NCBI GenBank assembly: GCA_040954595.2 | Contig: CM082593.2 | Location: forward strand, 814,801-878,800 | From: Balanoglossus misakiensis | Lineage: Eukaryota; Animalia; Hemichordata | Reading direction: 5' to 3' | Length of the DNA stretch: 64,000 nt | Part shown: positions 50,901 to 64,000 of the stretch, piece by piece | Position numbering within the stretch: the stretch's first letter is position 1 | Layout of the letters: the number at the start of each line of letters is the position of its first letter | Program-made: the position numbers and the translations under genes | The notes under the pieces: model-generated | Databases searched by the model: none | What the model was told of the DNA's origin: nothing | The model's input: the letters and a program-made list of their open reading frames with translations, nothing else

Positions 50901-53900
50901 TGACATTTCTGGATGATTTTCATGAGCTATAACCCATGGTTTTTGTCCAAAAACCACCAAATTTTGAAAATTCGCGAAGTCGAAAAATTGACATTTCTGG
51001 ATGATTTTCATGAGCTATAACCAATGGTTTTTGTCCAAAAACCACCAAATTTTGAAATTTCGCGAAGTCGAAAAATTGACATTTCTGGATGATTTTCATG
51101 AGCTATAACCCATGGTTTTTGTCCAAAAACCACCAAATTTTGAAATTTCGCGAAGTCGAAAAATTGACATTTCTGGATGATTTTCATGAGCTATAACCCA
51201 TGGTTTTTATCCAAAAACCACCAAATTTTGAAATTTCGCGAAGTCGAAAAATTGACATTTCTGGATGATTTTCATGAGCTGTAACCCATGGTTTTTATCC
51301 AAAAACCACCAAATTTTGAAATTTCGCGAAGTCGAAAAATTGACATTTCTGGATGATTTTCATGAGCTATAACCCATGGTTTTTATCCAAAAACCACCGA
51401 ATTTTGAAATTTCGCGAAGTCGAAAAATTGACATTTCTGGATGATTTTCATGAGCTATAACCCATGGTTTTTATCCAAAAACCACCAAATTTTGAAATTT
51501 CGCGAAGTCGAAAAATTGACATTTCTGGATGATTTTCATGAGCTATAACCCATGGTTTTTATCCAAAAACCACCAAATTTTGAAATTTCGCGAAGTCGAA
51601 AAATTGACATTTCTGGATGATTTTCATGAGCTATAACCCATGGTTTTTATCCAAAAACCACCGAATTTTGAAATTTCGCGAAGTCGAAAAATTGACATTT
51701 CTGGATGATTTTCATGAGCTATAACCCATGGTTTTTGTCCAAAAACCACCAAATTTTGAAATTTCGCCAAGTCGAAAAATTGACATTTCAGGATGATTTT
51801 CATGAGCTATAACCCATGGTTTTTGTCCAAAAACCACCAAATTTTGAAATTTCGCGAAGTCGAAAAATTGACATTTCTGGATGATTTTCATGAGCTATAA
51901 CCCATGGTTTTTGTCCAAAAACCACCAAATTTTGAAATTTCGCGAAGTCGAAAAATTGACATTTCTGGATGATTTTCATGAGCTATAACCCATGGTTTTT
52001 GTCCAAAAACCACCAAATTTTGAAATTTCGCGAAGTCGAAAAATTGACATTTCTGGATGATTTTCATGAGCTATAACCCATGGTTTTTGTCCAAAAACCA
52101 CCAAATTTTGAAATTTCGCGAAGTCGAAAAATTGACATTTCTGGATGATTTTCATGAGCTATAACCCATGGTTTTTGTCCAAAAACCACCAAATTTTGAA
52201 ATTTCGCGAAGTTGAAAAATTGACATTTCTGGATGATTTTCATGAGCTATAACCCACGGTTTTTGTCCAAAAACCACCAAATTTTGAAATTTCGCGAAGT
52301 CGAAAAATTGACATTTCTGGATGATTTTCATGAGCTATAACCCATGGTTTTTGTCCAAAAACCACCAAATTTTGAAATTTCGCGAAGTCGAATAATTGAC
52401 ATTTCTGGATGATTTTCATGAGCTATAACCCATGGTTTTTGTCCAAAAACCACCAAATTTTGAAATTTCGCTAAGTCGAAAAATTGACATTTCTGGATGA
52501 TTTTCATGAGCTATAACCCATGGTTTTTGTCCAAAAACCACCAAATTTTGAAATTTCGCGAAGTCGAAAAATTGACATTTCTGGATGATTTTCATGAGCT
52601 ATAACCCATGGTTTTTGTCCAAAAACCACCAAATTTTGAAATTTCGCGAAGTCGAAAAATTGACATTTCTGGATGATTTTCATGAGCTATAACCCATGGT
52701 TTTTGTCCAAAAACCACCAAATTTTGAAATTTCGCGAAGTCGAAAAATTGACATTTCTGGATGATTTTCATGAGCTATAACCCATGGTTTTTGTCCAAAA
52801 ACCACCAAATTTTGAAATTTCGCGAAGTCGAAAAATTGACATTTCTGGATGATTTTCATGAGCTATAACCCATGGTTTTTGTCCAAAAACCACCAAATTT
52901 TGAAATTTCGCGAAGTCGAAAAATTGACATTTCTGGATGATTTTCATGAGCTATAACCCATGGTTTTTGTCCAAAAACCACCAAATTTTGAAATTTCGCG
53001 AAGTCGAAAAATTGACATTTCTGGATGATTTTCATGAGCTATAACCTATGGTTTTTGTCCAAAAACCACCAAATTTTGAAATTTCGCGAAGTCGAAAAAT
53101 TGACATTTCTGGATGATTTTCATGAGCTATAACCCATGGTTTTTGTCCAAAAACCACCAAATTTTGAAATTTCGCGAAGTCGAAAAATTGACATTTCTGG
53201 ATGATTTTCATGAGCTATAACCCATGGTTTTTGTCCAAAAACCACCAAATTTTGAAATTTCGCGAAGTCGAAAAATTGACATTTCTGGATGATTTTCATG
53301 AGCTATAACCCATGGTTTTTGTCCAAAAACCACCAAATTTTGAAATTTCGCGAAGTCGAAAAATTGACATTTCTGGATGATTTTCATGAGCTATAACCCA
53401 TGGTTTTTATCCAAAAACCACCAAATTTTGAAATTTCGCGAAGTCGAAAAATTGACATTTCTGGATGATTTTCATGAGCTATAACCCATGGTTTTTATCC
53501 AAAAACCACCAAATTTTGAAATTTCGCGAAGTCGAAAAATTGACATTTCTGGATGATTTTCATGAGCTATAACCCATGGTTTTTATCCAAAAACCACCAA
53601 ATTTTGAAATTTCGCGAAGTCGAAAAATTGACATTTCTGGATGATTTTCATGAGCTATAACCCATGGTTTTTATCCAAAAACCACCAAATTTTGAAATTT
53701 CGCGAAGTCGAAAAATTGACATTTCTGGATGATTTTCATGAGCTATAACCCATGGTTTTTATCCAAAAACCACCGAATTTTGAAATTTCGCGAAGTCGAA
53801 AAATTGACATTTCTGGATGATTTTCATGAGCTATAACCCATGGTTTTTATCCAAAAACCACCAAATTTTGAAATTTCGCGAAGTCGAAAAATTGACATTT

Positions 53901-56900
53901 CTGGATGATTTTCATGAGCTATAACCCATGGTTTTTATCCAAAAACCACCAAATTTTGAAATTTCGCGAAGTCGAAAAATTGACATTTCTGGATGATTTT
54001 CATGAGCTATAACCCATGGTTTTTATCCAAAAACCACCAAATTTTGAAATTTCGCGAAGTCGAAAAATTGACATTTCTGGATGATTTTCATGAGCTATAA
54101 CCCATGGTTTTTATCCAAAAACCACCGAATTTTGAAATTTCGCGAAGTCGAAAAATTGACATTTCTGGATGATTTTCATGAGCTATAACCCATGGTTTTT
54201 ATCCAAAAACCACCGAATTTTGAAATTTCGCGAAGTCGAAAAATTGACATTTCTGGATGATTTTCATGAGCTATAACCCATGGTTTTTATCCAAAAACCA
54301 CCAAATTTTGAAATTTCGCGAAGTCGAAAAATTGACATTTCTGGATGTTTTTCATGAGCTATAACCCATGGTTTTTATCCAAAAACCACCAAATTTTGAA
54401 ATTTCGCGAAGTCGAAAAATTGACATTTCTGGATGATTTTCATGAGCTATAACCCATGGTTTTTATCCAAAAACCACCGAATTTTGAAATTTCGCGAAGT
54501 CGAAAAATTGACATTTCTGGATGATTTTCATGAGCTATAACCCATGGTTTTTGTCCAAAAACCACCAAATTTTGAAATTTCGCCAAGTCGAAAAATTGAC
54601 ATTTCAGGATGATTTTCATGAGCTATAACCCATGGTTTTTGTCCAAAAACCACCAAATTTTGAAATTTCGCGAAGTCGAAAAATTGACATTTCTGGATGA
54701 TTTTCATGAGCTATAACCCATGGTTTTTGTCCAAAAACCACCAAATTTTGAAATTTCGCGAAGTCGAAAAATTGACATTTCTGGATGATTTTCATGAGCT
54801 ATAACCCATGGTTTTTGTCCAAAAACCACCAAATTTTGAAATTTCGCGAAGTCGAAAAATTGACATTTCTGGATGATTTTCATGAGCTATAACCCATGGT
54901 TTTTGTCCAAAAACCACCAAATTTTGAAATTTCGCGAAGTCGAAAAATTGACATTTCTGGATGATTTTCATGAGCTATAACCCATGGTTTTTGTCCAAAA
55001 ACCACCAAATTTTGAAATTTCGCGAAGTCGAAAAATTGACATTTCTGGATGATTTTCATGAGCTATAACCCATGGTTTTTGTCCAAAAACCACCAAATTT
55101 TGAAATTTCGCGAAGTCGAAAAATTGACATTTCTGGATGATTTTCATGAGCTATAACCCATGGTTTTTGTCCAAAAACCACCAAATTTTGAAATTTCGCG
55201 AAGTCGAAAAATTGACATTTCTGGATGATTTTCATGAGCTATAACCCATGGTTTTTGTCCAAAAACCACCAAATTTTGAAATTTCGCGAAGTCGAAAAAT
55301 TGACATTTCTGGATGATTTTCATGAGCTATAACCCATGGTTTTTGTCCAAAAACCACCAAATTTTGAAATTTCGCGAAGTCGAAAAATTGACATTTCTGG
55401 ATGATTTTCATGAGCTATAACCCATGGTTTTTGTCCAAAAACCACCAAATTTTGAAATTTCGCGAAGTCGAAAAATTGACATTTCTGGATGATTTTCATG
55501 AGCTATAACCCATGGCTTTTGTCCAAAAACCACCAAATTTTGAAATTTCGCGAAGTCGAAAAATTGACATTTTCTGGATGATTTTCATGAGCTATAACCC
55601 ATGGCTTTTGTCCAAAAACCACCAAATTTTGAAATTTCGCGAAGTCGAAAAATTGACATTTCTGGATGATTTTCATGAGCTATAACTCATGGTTTTTGTC
55701 CAAAAACCACCAAATTTTGAAATTTCGCGAAGTCGAAAAATTGACATTTCTGGATGATTTCATGAGCTATAACCCATGGTTTTTGTCCAAAAACCACCAA
55801 ATTTTGAAATTTCGCGAAGTCGAAAAATTGACATTTCTGGATGATTTTCATGAGCTATAACCCATGGTTTTTGTCCAAAAACCACCAAATTTTGAAATTT
55901 CCGCGAAGTCGAAAAATTGACATTTCTGGATGATTTTCATGAGCTATAACCCATGGTTTTTGTCCAAAAACCACCAAATTTTGAAATTTCGCGAAGTCGA
56001 AAAATTGACATTTCTGGATGATTTTCATGAGCTATAACCCATGGTTTTTGTCCAAAACCACCAAATTTTGAAATTTCGCGAAGTCGAAAAATTGACATTT
56101 CTGGATGATTTTCATGAGCTATAACCCATGGTTTTTGTCCAAAAACCACCAAATTTTGAAATTTCGCGAAGTCGAAAAATTGACATTTCTGGATGATTTT
56201 CATGAGCTATAACCCTATGGTTTTTGTCCAAAAACCACCAAATTTTGAAATTTCGCGAAGTCGAAAAATTGACATTTCTGGATGATTTTCATGAGCTATA
56301 ACCCATGGTTTTTGTCCAAAAACCACCAAATTTTGAAATTTCGCGAAGTCGAAAAAATTGACATTTCTGGATGATTTTCATGAGCTATAACCCATGGTTT
56401 TTGTCCAAAAACCACCAAATTTTGAAATTTCGCGAAGTCGAAAAATTGACATTTCTGGATGATTTTCATGAGCTATAACCCATGGTTTTTGTCCAAAAAC
56501 CACCAAATTTTGAAATTTCGCGAAGTCGAAAAATTGACATTTCTGGATGATTTTCATGAGCTATAACCCATGGTTTTTATCCAAAAACCACCAAATTTTG
56601 AAATTTCGCGAAGTCGAAAAATTGACATTTCTGGATGATTTTCATGAGCTATAACCCATGGTTTTTATCCAAAAACCACCAAATTTTGAAATTTCGCGAA
56701 GTCGAAAAATTGACATTTCTGGGATGATTTTCATGAGCTATAACCCATGGTTTTTATCCAAAAACCACCAAATTTTGAAATTTCGCGAAGTCGAAAAATT
56801 GACATTTCTGGATGATTTTCATGAGCTATAACCCATGGTTTTTTATCCAAAAACCACCAAATTTTGAAATTTCGCGAAGTCGAAAAATTGACATTTCTGG

Positions 56901-59900
56901 ATGATTTTCATGAGCTATAACCCATGGTTTTTATCCAAAAACCACCAATTTTGAAATTTCGCGAAGTCGAAAAATTGACATTTCTGGATGATTTTCATGA
57001 GCTATAACCCATGGTTTTTATCCAAAAACCACCAAATTTTGAAATTTCGCGAAGTCGAAAAATTGACATTTCTGGATGATTTTCATGAGCTATAACCCAT
57101 GGTTTTTATCCAAAAACCACCAAATTTTGAAATTTCGCGAAGTCGAAAAATTGACATTTCTGGATGATTTTCATGAGCTATAACCCATGGTTTTTATCCA
57201 AAAACCACCAAATTTTTGAAATTTCGCGAAGTCGAAAAATTGACATTTCTGGATGATTTTCATGAGCTATAACCCATGGTTTTTATCCAAAAACCACCGA
57301 ATTTTGAAATTTCGCGAAGTCGAAAAATTGACATTTCTGGATGATTTTCATGAGCTATAACCCATGGTTTTTATCCAAAAACCACCGAATTTTGAAATTT
57401 CGCGAAGTCGAAAAATTGACATTTCTGGATGATTTTCATGAGCTATAACCCATGGTTTTTATCCAAAAACCACCAAATTTTGAAATTTCGCGAAGTCGAA
57501 AAATTGACATTTCTGGATGTTTTTCATGAGCTATAACCCATGGTTTTTATCCAAAAACCACCAAATTTTGAAATTTCGCGAAGTCGAAAAATTGACATTT
57601 CTGGATGATTTTCATGAGCTATAACCCATGGTTTTTATCCAAAAACCACCGAATTTTGAAATTTCGCGAAGTCGAAAAATTGACATTTCTGGATGATTTT
57701 CATGAGCTATAACCCATGGTTTTTGTCCAAAAACCACCAAATTTTGAAATTTCGCGAAGTCGAAAAATTGACATTTCAGGATGATTTTCATGAGCTATAA
57801 CCCATGGTTTTTGTCCAAAAACCACCAAATTTTGAAATTTCGCGAAGTCGAAAAATTGACATTTCTGGATGATTTTCATGAGCTATAACCCATGGTTTTT
57901 GTCCAAAAACCACCAAATTTTGAAATTTCGCGAAGTCGAAAAATTGACATTTCTGGATGATTTTCATGAGCTATAACCCATGGTTTTTGTCCAAAAACCA
58001 CCAAATTTTGAAATTTCGCGAAGTCGAAAAATTGACATTTCTGGATGATTTTCATGAGCTATAACCCATGGTTTTTGTCCAAAAACCACCAAATTTTGAA
58101 ATTTCGCGAAGTCGAAAAATTGACATTTCTGGATGATTTTCATGAGCTATAACCCATGGTTTTTGTCCAAAAACCACCAAATTTTGAAATTTCGCGAAGT
58201 CGAAAAATTGACATTTCTGGATGATTTTCATGAGCTATAACCCATGGTTTTTGTCCAAAAACCACCAAATTTTGAAATTTCGCGAAGTCGAAAAATTGAC
58301 ATTTCTGGATGATTTTCATGAGCTATAACCCATGGTTTTTGTCCAAAAACCACCAAATTTTGAAATTTCGCGAAGTCGAAAATTGACATTTCTGGATGAT
58401 TTTCATGAGCTATAACCCATGTTTTTGTCCAAAAACCACCAAATTTTGAAATTTCGCGAAGTCGAAAAATTGACATTTCTGGATGATTTTCATGAGCTAT
58501 AACCCATGGTTTTTGTCCAAAAACCACCAAATTTTGAAATTTCGCGAAGTCGAAAAATTGACATTTCTGGATGATTTTCATGAGCTATAACCCATGGTTT
58601 TTGTCCAAAAACCAACCAAATTTTGAAATTTCGCGAAGTCGAAAAATTGACATTTCTGGATGATTTTCATGAGCTATAACCCATGGCTTTTGTCCAAAAA
58701 CCACCAAATTTTGAAATTTCGCGAAGTCGAAAAATTGACATTTCTGGATGATTTTCATGAGCTATAACTCATGGTTTTTGTCCAAAAACCACCAAATTTT
58801 GAAATTTCGCGAAGTCGAAAAATTGACATTTCTGGATGATTTTCATGAGCTATAACCCATGGTTTTTGTCCAAAAACCACCAAATTTTGAAATTTCGCGA
58901 AGTCGAAAAATTGACATTTCTGGATGATTTTCATGAGCTATAACCCATGGTTTTTGTCCAAAAACCACCAAATTTTGAAATTTCGCGAAGTCGAAAAATT
59001 GACATTTCTGGATGATTTTCATGAGCTATAACCCATGGTTTTTGTCCAAAAACACCAAATTTTGAAATTTCGCGAAGTCGAAAAATTGACATTTCTGGAT
59101 GATTTTCATGAGCTATAACCCATGGTTTTTGTCCAAAAACCACCAAATTTTGAAATTTCGCGAAGTCGAAAAATTGACATTTCTGGATGATTTTCATGAG
59201 CTATAACCCATGGTTTTTGTCCAAAAACCACCAAATTTTGAAATTTCGCGAAGTCGAAAAATTGACATTTCTGGATGATTTTCATGAGCTATAACCCATG
59301 GTTTTTGTCCAAAAACCACCAAATTTTGAAATTTCGCGAAGTCGAAAAATTGACATTTCTGGATGATTTTCATGAGCTATAACCCATGGTTTTTGTCCAA
59401 AAACCACCAAATTTTGAAAATTTCGCGAAGTCGAAAAATTGACATTTCTGGATGATTTTCATGAGCTATAACCCATGGTTTTTGTCCAAAAACCACCAAA
59501 TTTTGAAATTTCCCGAAGTCGAAAAATTGACATTTCTGGATGATTTTCATGAGCTATAACCCATGGTTTTTGTCCAAAAACCACCAAATTTTGAAATTTC
59601 GCGAAGTCGAAAAATTGACATTTCTGGATGATTTTCATGAGCTATAACCCATGGTTTTTGTCCAAAAACCACCAAATTTTGAAATTTCCGAAGTCGAAAA
59701 ATTGACATTTCTGGATGATTTTCATGAGCTATAACCCATGGTTTTTGTCCAAAAACCACCAAATTTTGAAATTTCGCGAAGTCGAAAAATTGACATTTCT
59801 GGATGATTTTCATGAGCTTTAACCCATGGTTTTTGTCCAAAAACCACCAAATTTTGAAATTTCGCCGAAGTCGAAAAATTGACATTTCTGGATGATTTTC

Positions 59901-62900
59901 ATGAGCTATAACCCATGGTTTTTGTCCAAAAACCACCAGAATTTTGAAATTTCGCGAAGTCGAAAAATTGACATTTCTGGATGATTTTCATGAGCTATAA
60001 CCCATGGTTTTTGTCCAAAAACCACCAAATTTTGAAATTTCGCGAAGTCGAAAAATTGACATTTCTGGATGATTTTCATGAGCTATAACCCATGGTTTTT
60101 GTCCAAAAACCACCAAATTTTGAAATTTCGCGAAGTCGAAAAATTGACATTTCTGGATGATTTTCATGAGCTATAACCCATGGTTTTTGTCCAAAAACCA
60201 CCAAATTTTGAAATTTCGCGAAGTCGAAAAATTGACATTTCTGGATGATTTTCATGAGCTATAACCCATGGTTTTTGTCCAAAAACCACCAAATTTTGAA
60301 ATTTCGCGAAGTCGAAAAATTGACATTTCTGGATGATTTTCATGAGCTATAACCCATGGTTTTTGTCCAAAAACCACCAAATTTTGAAATTTCGCGAAGT
60401 CGAAAAATTGACATTTCTGGATGATTTTCATGAGCTATAACCCATGGTTTTTGTCCAAAAACCACCAAATTTTGAAATTTCGCGAAGTCGAAAAATTGAC
60501 ATTTCTGGATGATTTTCATGAGCTATAACCCATGGTTTTTGTCCAAAAACCACCAAATTTTGAAATTTCGCGAAGTCGAAAAATTGACATTTCTGGATGA
60601 TTTTCATGAGCTATAACCCATGGTTTTTGTCCAAAAACCACCAAATTTTGAAATTTCGCGAAGTCGAAAAATTGACATTTCTGGATGATTTTCATGAGCT
60701 ATAACCCATGGTTTTTGTCCAAAAACCACCAAATTTTGAAATTTCGCGAAGTCGAAAAATTGACATTTCTGGATGATTTTCATGAGCTATAACCCATGGT
60801 TTTTGTCCAAAAACCACCAAATTTTGAAATTTCGCGAAGTCGAAAAATTGACATTTCTGGATGATTTTCATGAGCTATAACCCATGGTTTTTGTCCAAAA
60901 ACCACCAAATTTTGAAATTTCGCGAAGTCGAAAAATTGACATTTCTGGATGATTTTCATGAGCTATAACCCATGGTTTTTGTCCAAAAACCACCAAATTT
61001 TGAAATTTCGCGAAGTCGAAAAATTGACATTTCTGGATGATTTTCATGAGCTATAACCCATGGTTTTTGTCCAAAAACCCACCAAATTTTGAAATTTCGC
61101 GAAGTCGAAAAATTGACATTTCTGGATGATTTTCATGAGCTATAACCCATGGTTTTTGTCCAAAAACCACCAAATTTTGAAATTTCGCGAAGTCGAAAAA
61201 TTGACATTTCTGGATGATTTTCATGAGCTATAACCCATGGTTTTTGTCCAAAAACCACCAAATTTTGAAATTTCGCGAAGTCGAAAAATTGACATTTCTG
61301 GATGATTTTCATGAGCTATAACCCATGGTTTTTGTCCAAAAACCACCAAATTTTGAAATTTCGCGAAGTCGAAAAATTGACATTTCTGGATGATTTTCAT
61401 GAGCTATAACCCATGGTTTTTGTCCAAAAACCACCAAATTTTGAAATTTCGCGAAGTCGAAAAATTGACATTTCTGGATGATTTTCATGAGCTATAACCC
61501 ATGGTTTTTGTCCAAAAACCACCAAATTTTGAAATTTCGCGAAGTCGAAAAATTGACATTTCTGGATGATTTTCATGAGCTATAACCCATGGTTTTTGTC
61601 CAAAAACCACCAAATTTTGAAATTTCGCGAAGTCGAAAAATTGACATTTCTGGATGATTTTCATGAGCTATAACCCATGGTTTTTGTCCAAAAACCACCA
61701 AATTTTGAAATTTCGCGAAGTCGAAAAATTGACATTTCTGGATGATTTTCATGAGCTATAACCCATGGTTTTTGTCCAAAAACCACCAAATTTTGAAATT
61801 TCGCGAAGTCGAAAAATTGACATTTCTGGATGATTTTCATGAGCTATAACCCATGGTTTTTGTCCAAAAACCACCAAATTTGAAATTTCGCGAAGTCGAA
61901 AAATTTGACATTTCTGGATGATTTTCATGAGCTATAACCCATGGTTTTTGTCCAAAAACCACCAAATTTTGAAATTTCGCGAAGTCGAAAAATTGACATT
62001 TCTGGATGATTTTCATGAGCTATAACCCATGGTTTTTGTCCAAAAACCACCAAATTTTGAAATTTCGCGAAGTCGAAAAATTGACATTTCTGGATGATTT
62101 TCATGAGCTATAACCCATGGTTTTTGTCCAAAACCACCAAATTTTGAAATTTTCCCGAAGTCGAAAAATTGACATTTCTGGATGATTTTCATGAGCTATA
62201 ACCCATGGTTTTTGTCCAAAAACCACCAAATTTTGAAATTTCGCGAAGTCGAAAAATTGACATTTCTGGATGATTTTCATGAGCTATAACCCATGGTTTT
62301 TGTCCAAAAACCACCAAATTTTGAAATTTCGCCGAAGTCGAAAAATTGACATTTCTGGATGATTTTCATGAGCTATAACCCATGGTTTTTGTCCAAAAAC
62401 CACCAAATTTTGAAATTTCGCCAAGTCGAAAAATTGACATTTCTGGATGATTTTCATGAGCTATAACCCATGGTTTTTGTCCAAAAACCACCAAATTTTG
62501 AAATTTCGCCAAGTCGAAAAATTGACATTTCTGGATGATTTTCATGAGCTATAACCCATGGTTTTTGTCCAAAAACCACCAAATTTTGAAATTTCGCGAA
62601 GTCGAAAAATTGACATTTCTGGATGATTTTCATGAGCTATAACCCATGGTTTTTGTCCAAAAACCACCAAATTTTGAAATTTCGCGAAGTCGAAAAATTG
62701 ACATTTCTGGATGATTTTCATGAGCTATAACCCATGGTTTTTGTCCAAAAACCACCAAATTTTGAAATTTCGCGAAGTCGAAAAATTGACATTTCTGGAT
62801 GATTTTCATGAGCTATAACCCATGGTTTTTGTCCAAAAACCACCAAATTTTGAAATTTCGCGAAGTCGAAAAATTGACATTTCTGGATGATTTTCATGAG

Positions 62901-64000
62901 CTATAACCCATGGTTTTTGTCCAAAAACCACCAAATTTTGAAATTTCGCGAAGTCGAAAAATTGACATTTCTGGATGATTTTCATGAGCTATAACCCATG
63001 GTTTTTGTCCAAAAACCACCAAATTTTGAAATTTCGCGAAGTCGAAAAATTGACATTTCTGGATGATTTTCATGAGCTATAACCCATGGTTTTTGTCCAA
63101 AAACCACCAATTTTGAAATTTCGCGAAGTCGAAAAATTGACATTTCTGGATGATTTTCATGAGCTATAACCCATGGTTTTTGTCCAAAAACCACCAAATT
63201 TTGAAATTTCGCGAAGTCGAAAAAATTGACATTTCTGGATGATTTTCATGAGCTATAACCCATGGTTTTTGTCCAAAAACCACCAAATTTTGAAATTTCG
63301 CGAAGTCGAAAAATTGACATTTCTGGATGATTTTCATGAGCTATAACCCATGGTTTTTGTCCAAAAACCACCAAATTTTGAAATTTCCCGAAGTCGAAAA
63401 ATTGACATTTCTGGATGATTTTCATGAGCTATACCCATTGTTTTTGTCCAAAAACCACCAAATTTTGAAATTTCGGCGAAGTCGAAAAATCGACATTTCT
63501 GGATGATTTTCATGAGCTATAACCCATGGTTTTTGTCCAAAAACCACCAAATTTTGAATTTCCGAAGTCGAAAAATTGACATTTCTGGATGATTTTCATG
63601 AGCTATAACCCATGGTTTTTGTCCAAAACCACCAAATTTTGAAATTTCGCCAAGTCGAAAAATTGACATTTCTGGATGATTTTCATGAGCTATAACCCAT
63701 GGTTTTTGTCCAAAAACCACCAAAATTTGAAATTTCGCCAAGTCGAAAAATTGACATTTCTGGATGATTTTCATGAGCTATAACCCATGGTTTTTGTCCA
63801 AAAACCACCAAATTTTGAAATTTCGCCGAAGTCGAAAAATTGACATTTCTGGATGATTTTCATGAGCTATAACCCATGGTTTTTGTCCAAAAACCACAAC
63901 AAATTTGGAAATTTCGCCAAGTCGAAAAATTGACATTTCTGGATGATTTTCATGAGCTATAACCCATGGTTTTTGTCCAAAAACCACCAAATTTGAAATT
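47905..64000. repeat. 88-bp tandem satellite array, about 180 copies, continuing past the window end
   Basis: Consensus CATGAGCTATAACCCATGGTTTTT(G/A)TCCAAAAACCACCAAATTTTGAAATTTCGCGAAGTCGAAAAATTGACATTTCTGGATGATTTT. Period counted from CATGAG at 48721 to CATGAG at 48809. Monomers at 47905-48200 are degenerate. Confidence 0.98.

Noticed and set aside
55666-63990. Repetitive ORFs in the satellite
   Set aside because: They arise only where sporadic indels bypass stops in an 88-bp unit that is not a multiple of three.
47905-64000. CRISPR-like array
   Set aside because: Monomers are contiguous and near-identical over their whole length. There are no unique spacers or cas genes, and the context is eukaryotic.

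Overview
Eukaryotic (animal) genomic DNA, probably an invertebrate deuterostome (inference from the vertebrate-like protein motifs). About 1.4-47.7 kb holds one + strand multi-exon neuregulin (NRG/vein-family ErbB ligand) gene, assembled here by hand from GT/AG sites with consistent intron phases. The order is signal peptide plus NtA/NRG2-type N-terminal domain, a 24.4 kb intron, an Ig domain, three extra EGF repeats, two NRG-type EGF domains, an NRG1-like transmembrane segment and a long acidic tail (867 aa if all exons are included). The sequence suggests a rich isoform system: an internal TATA/CRE promoter with an alternative hydrophobic first exon, a 144-nt cassette exon that switches between one hybrid and two tandem EGF domains, a possible gamma-type truncated secreted form, and a short alternative tail ending in a PDZ-type motif (-TQV). 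Introns carry several non-autonomous DNA elements. From about 47.9 kb to the window end lies a homogeneous 88-bp tandem satellite (about 180 copies) with variant blocks and a ~3.17 kb internal duplication. No CRISPR array, rRNA or tRNA is evident. All isoform models are predictions without transcript data.
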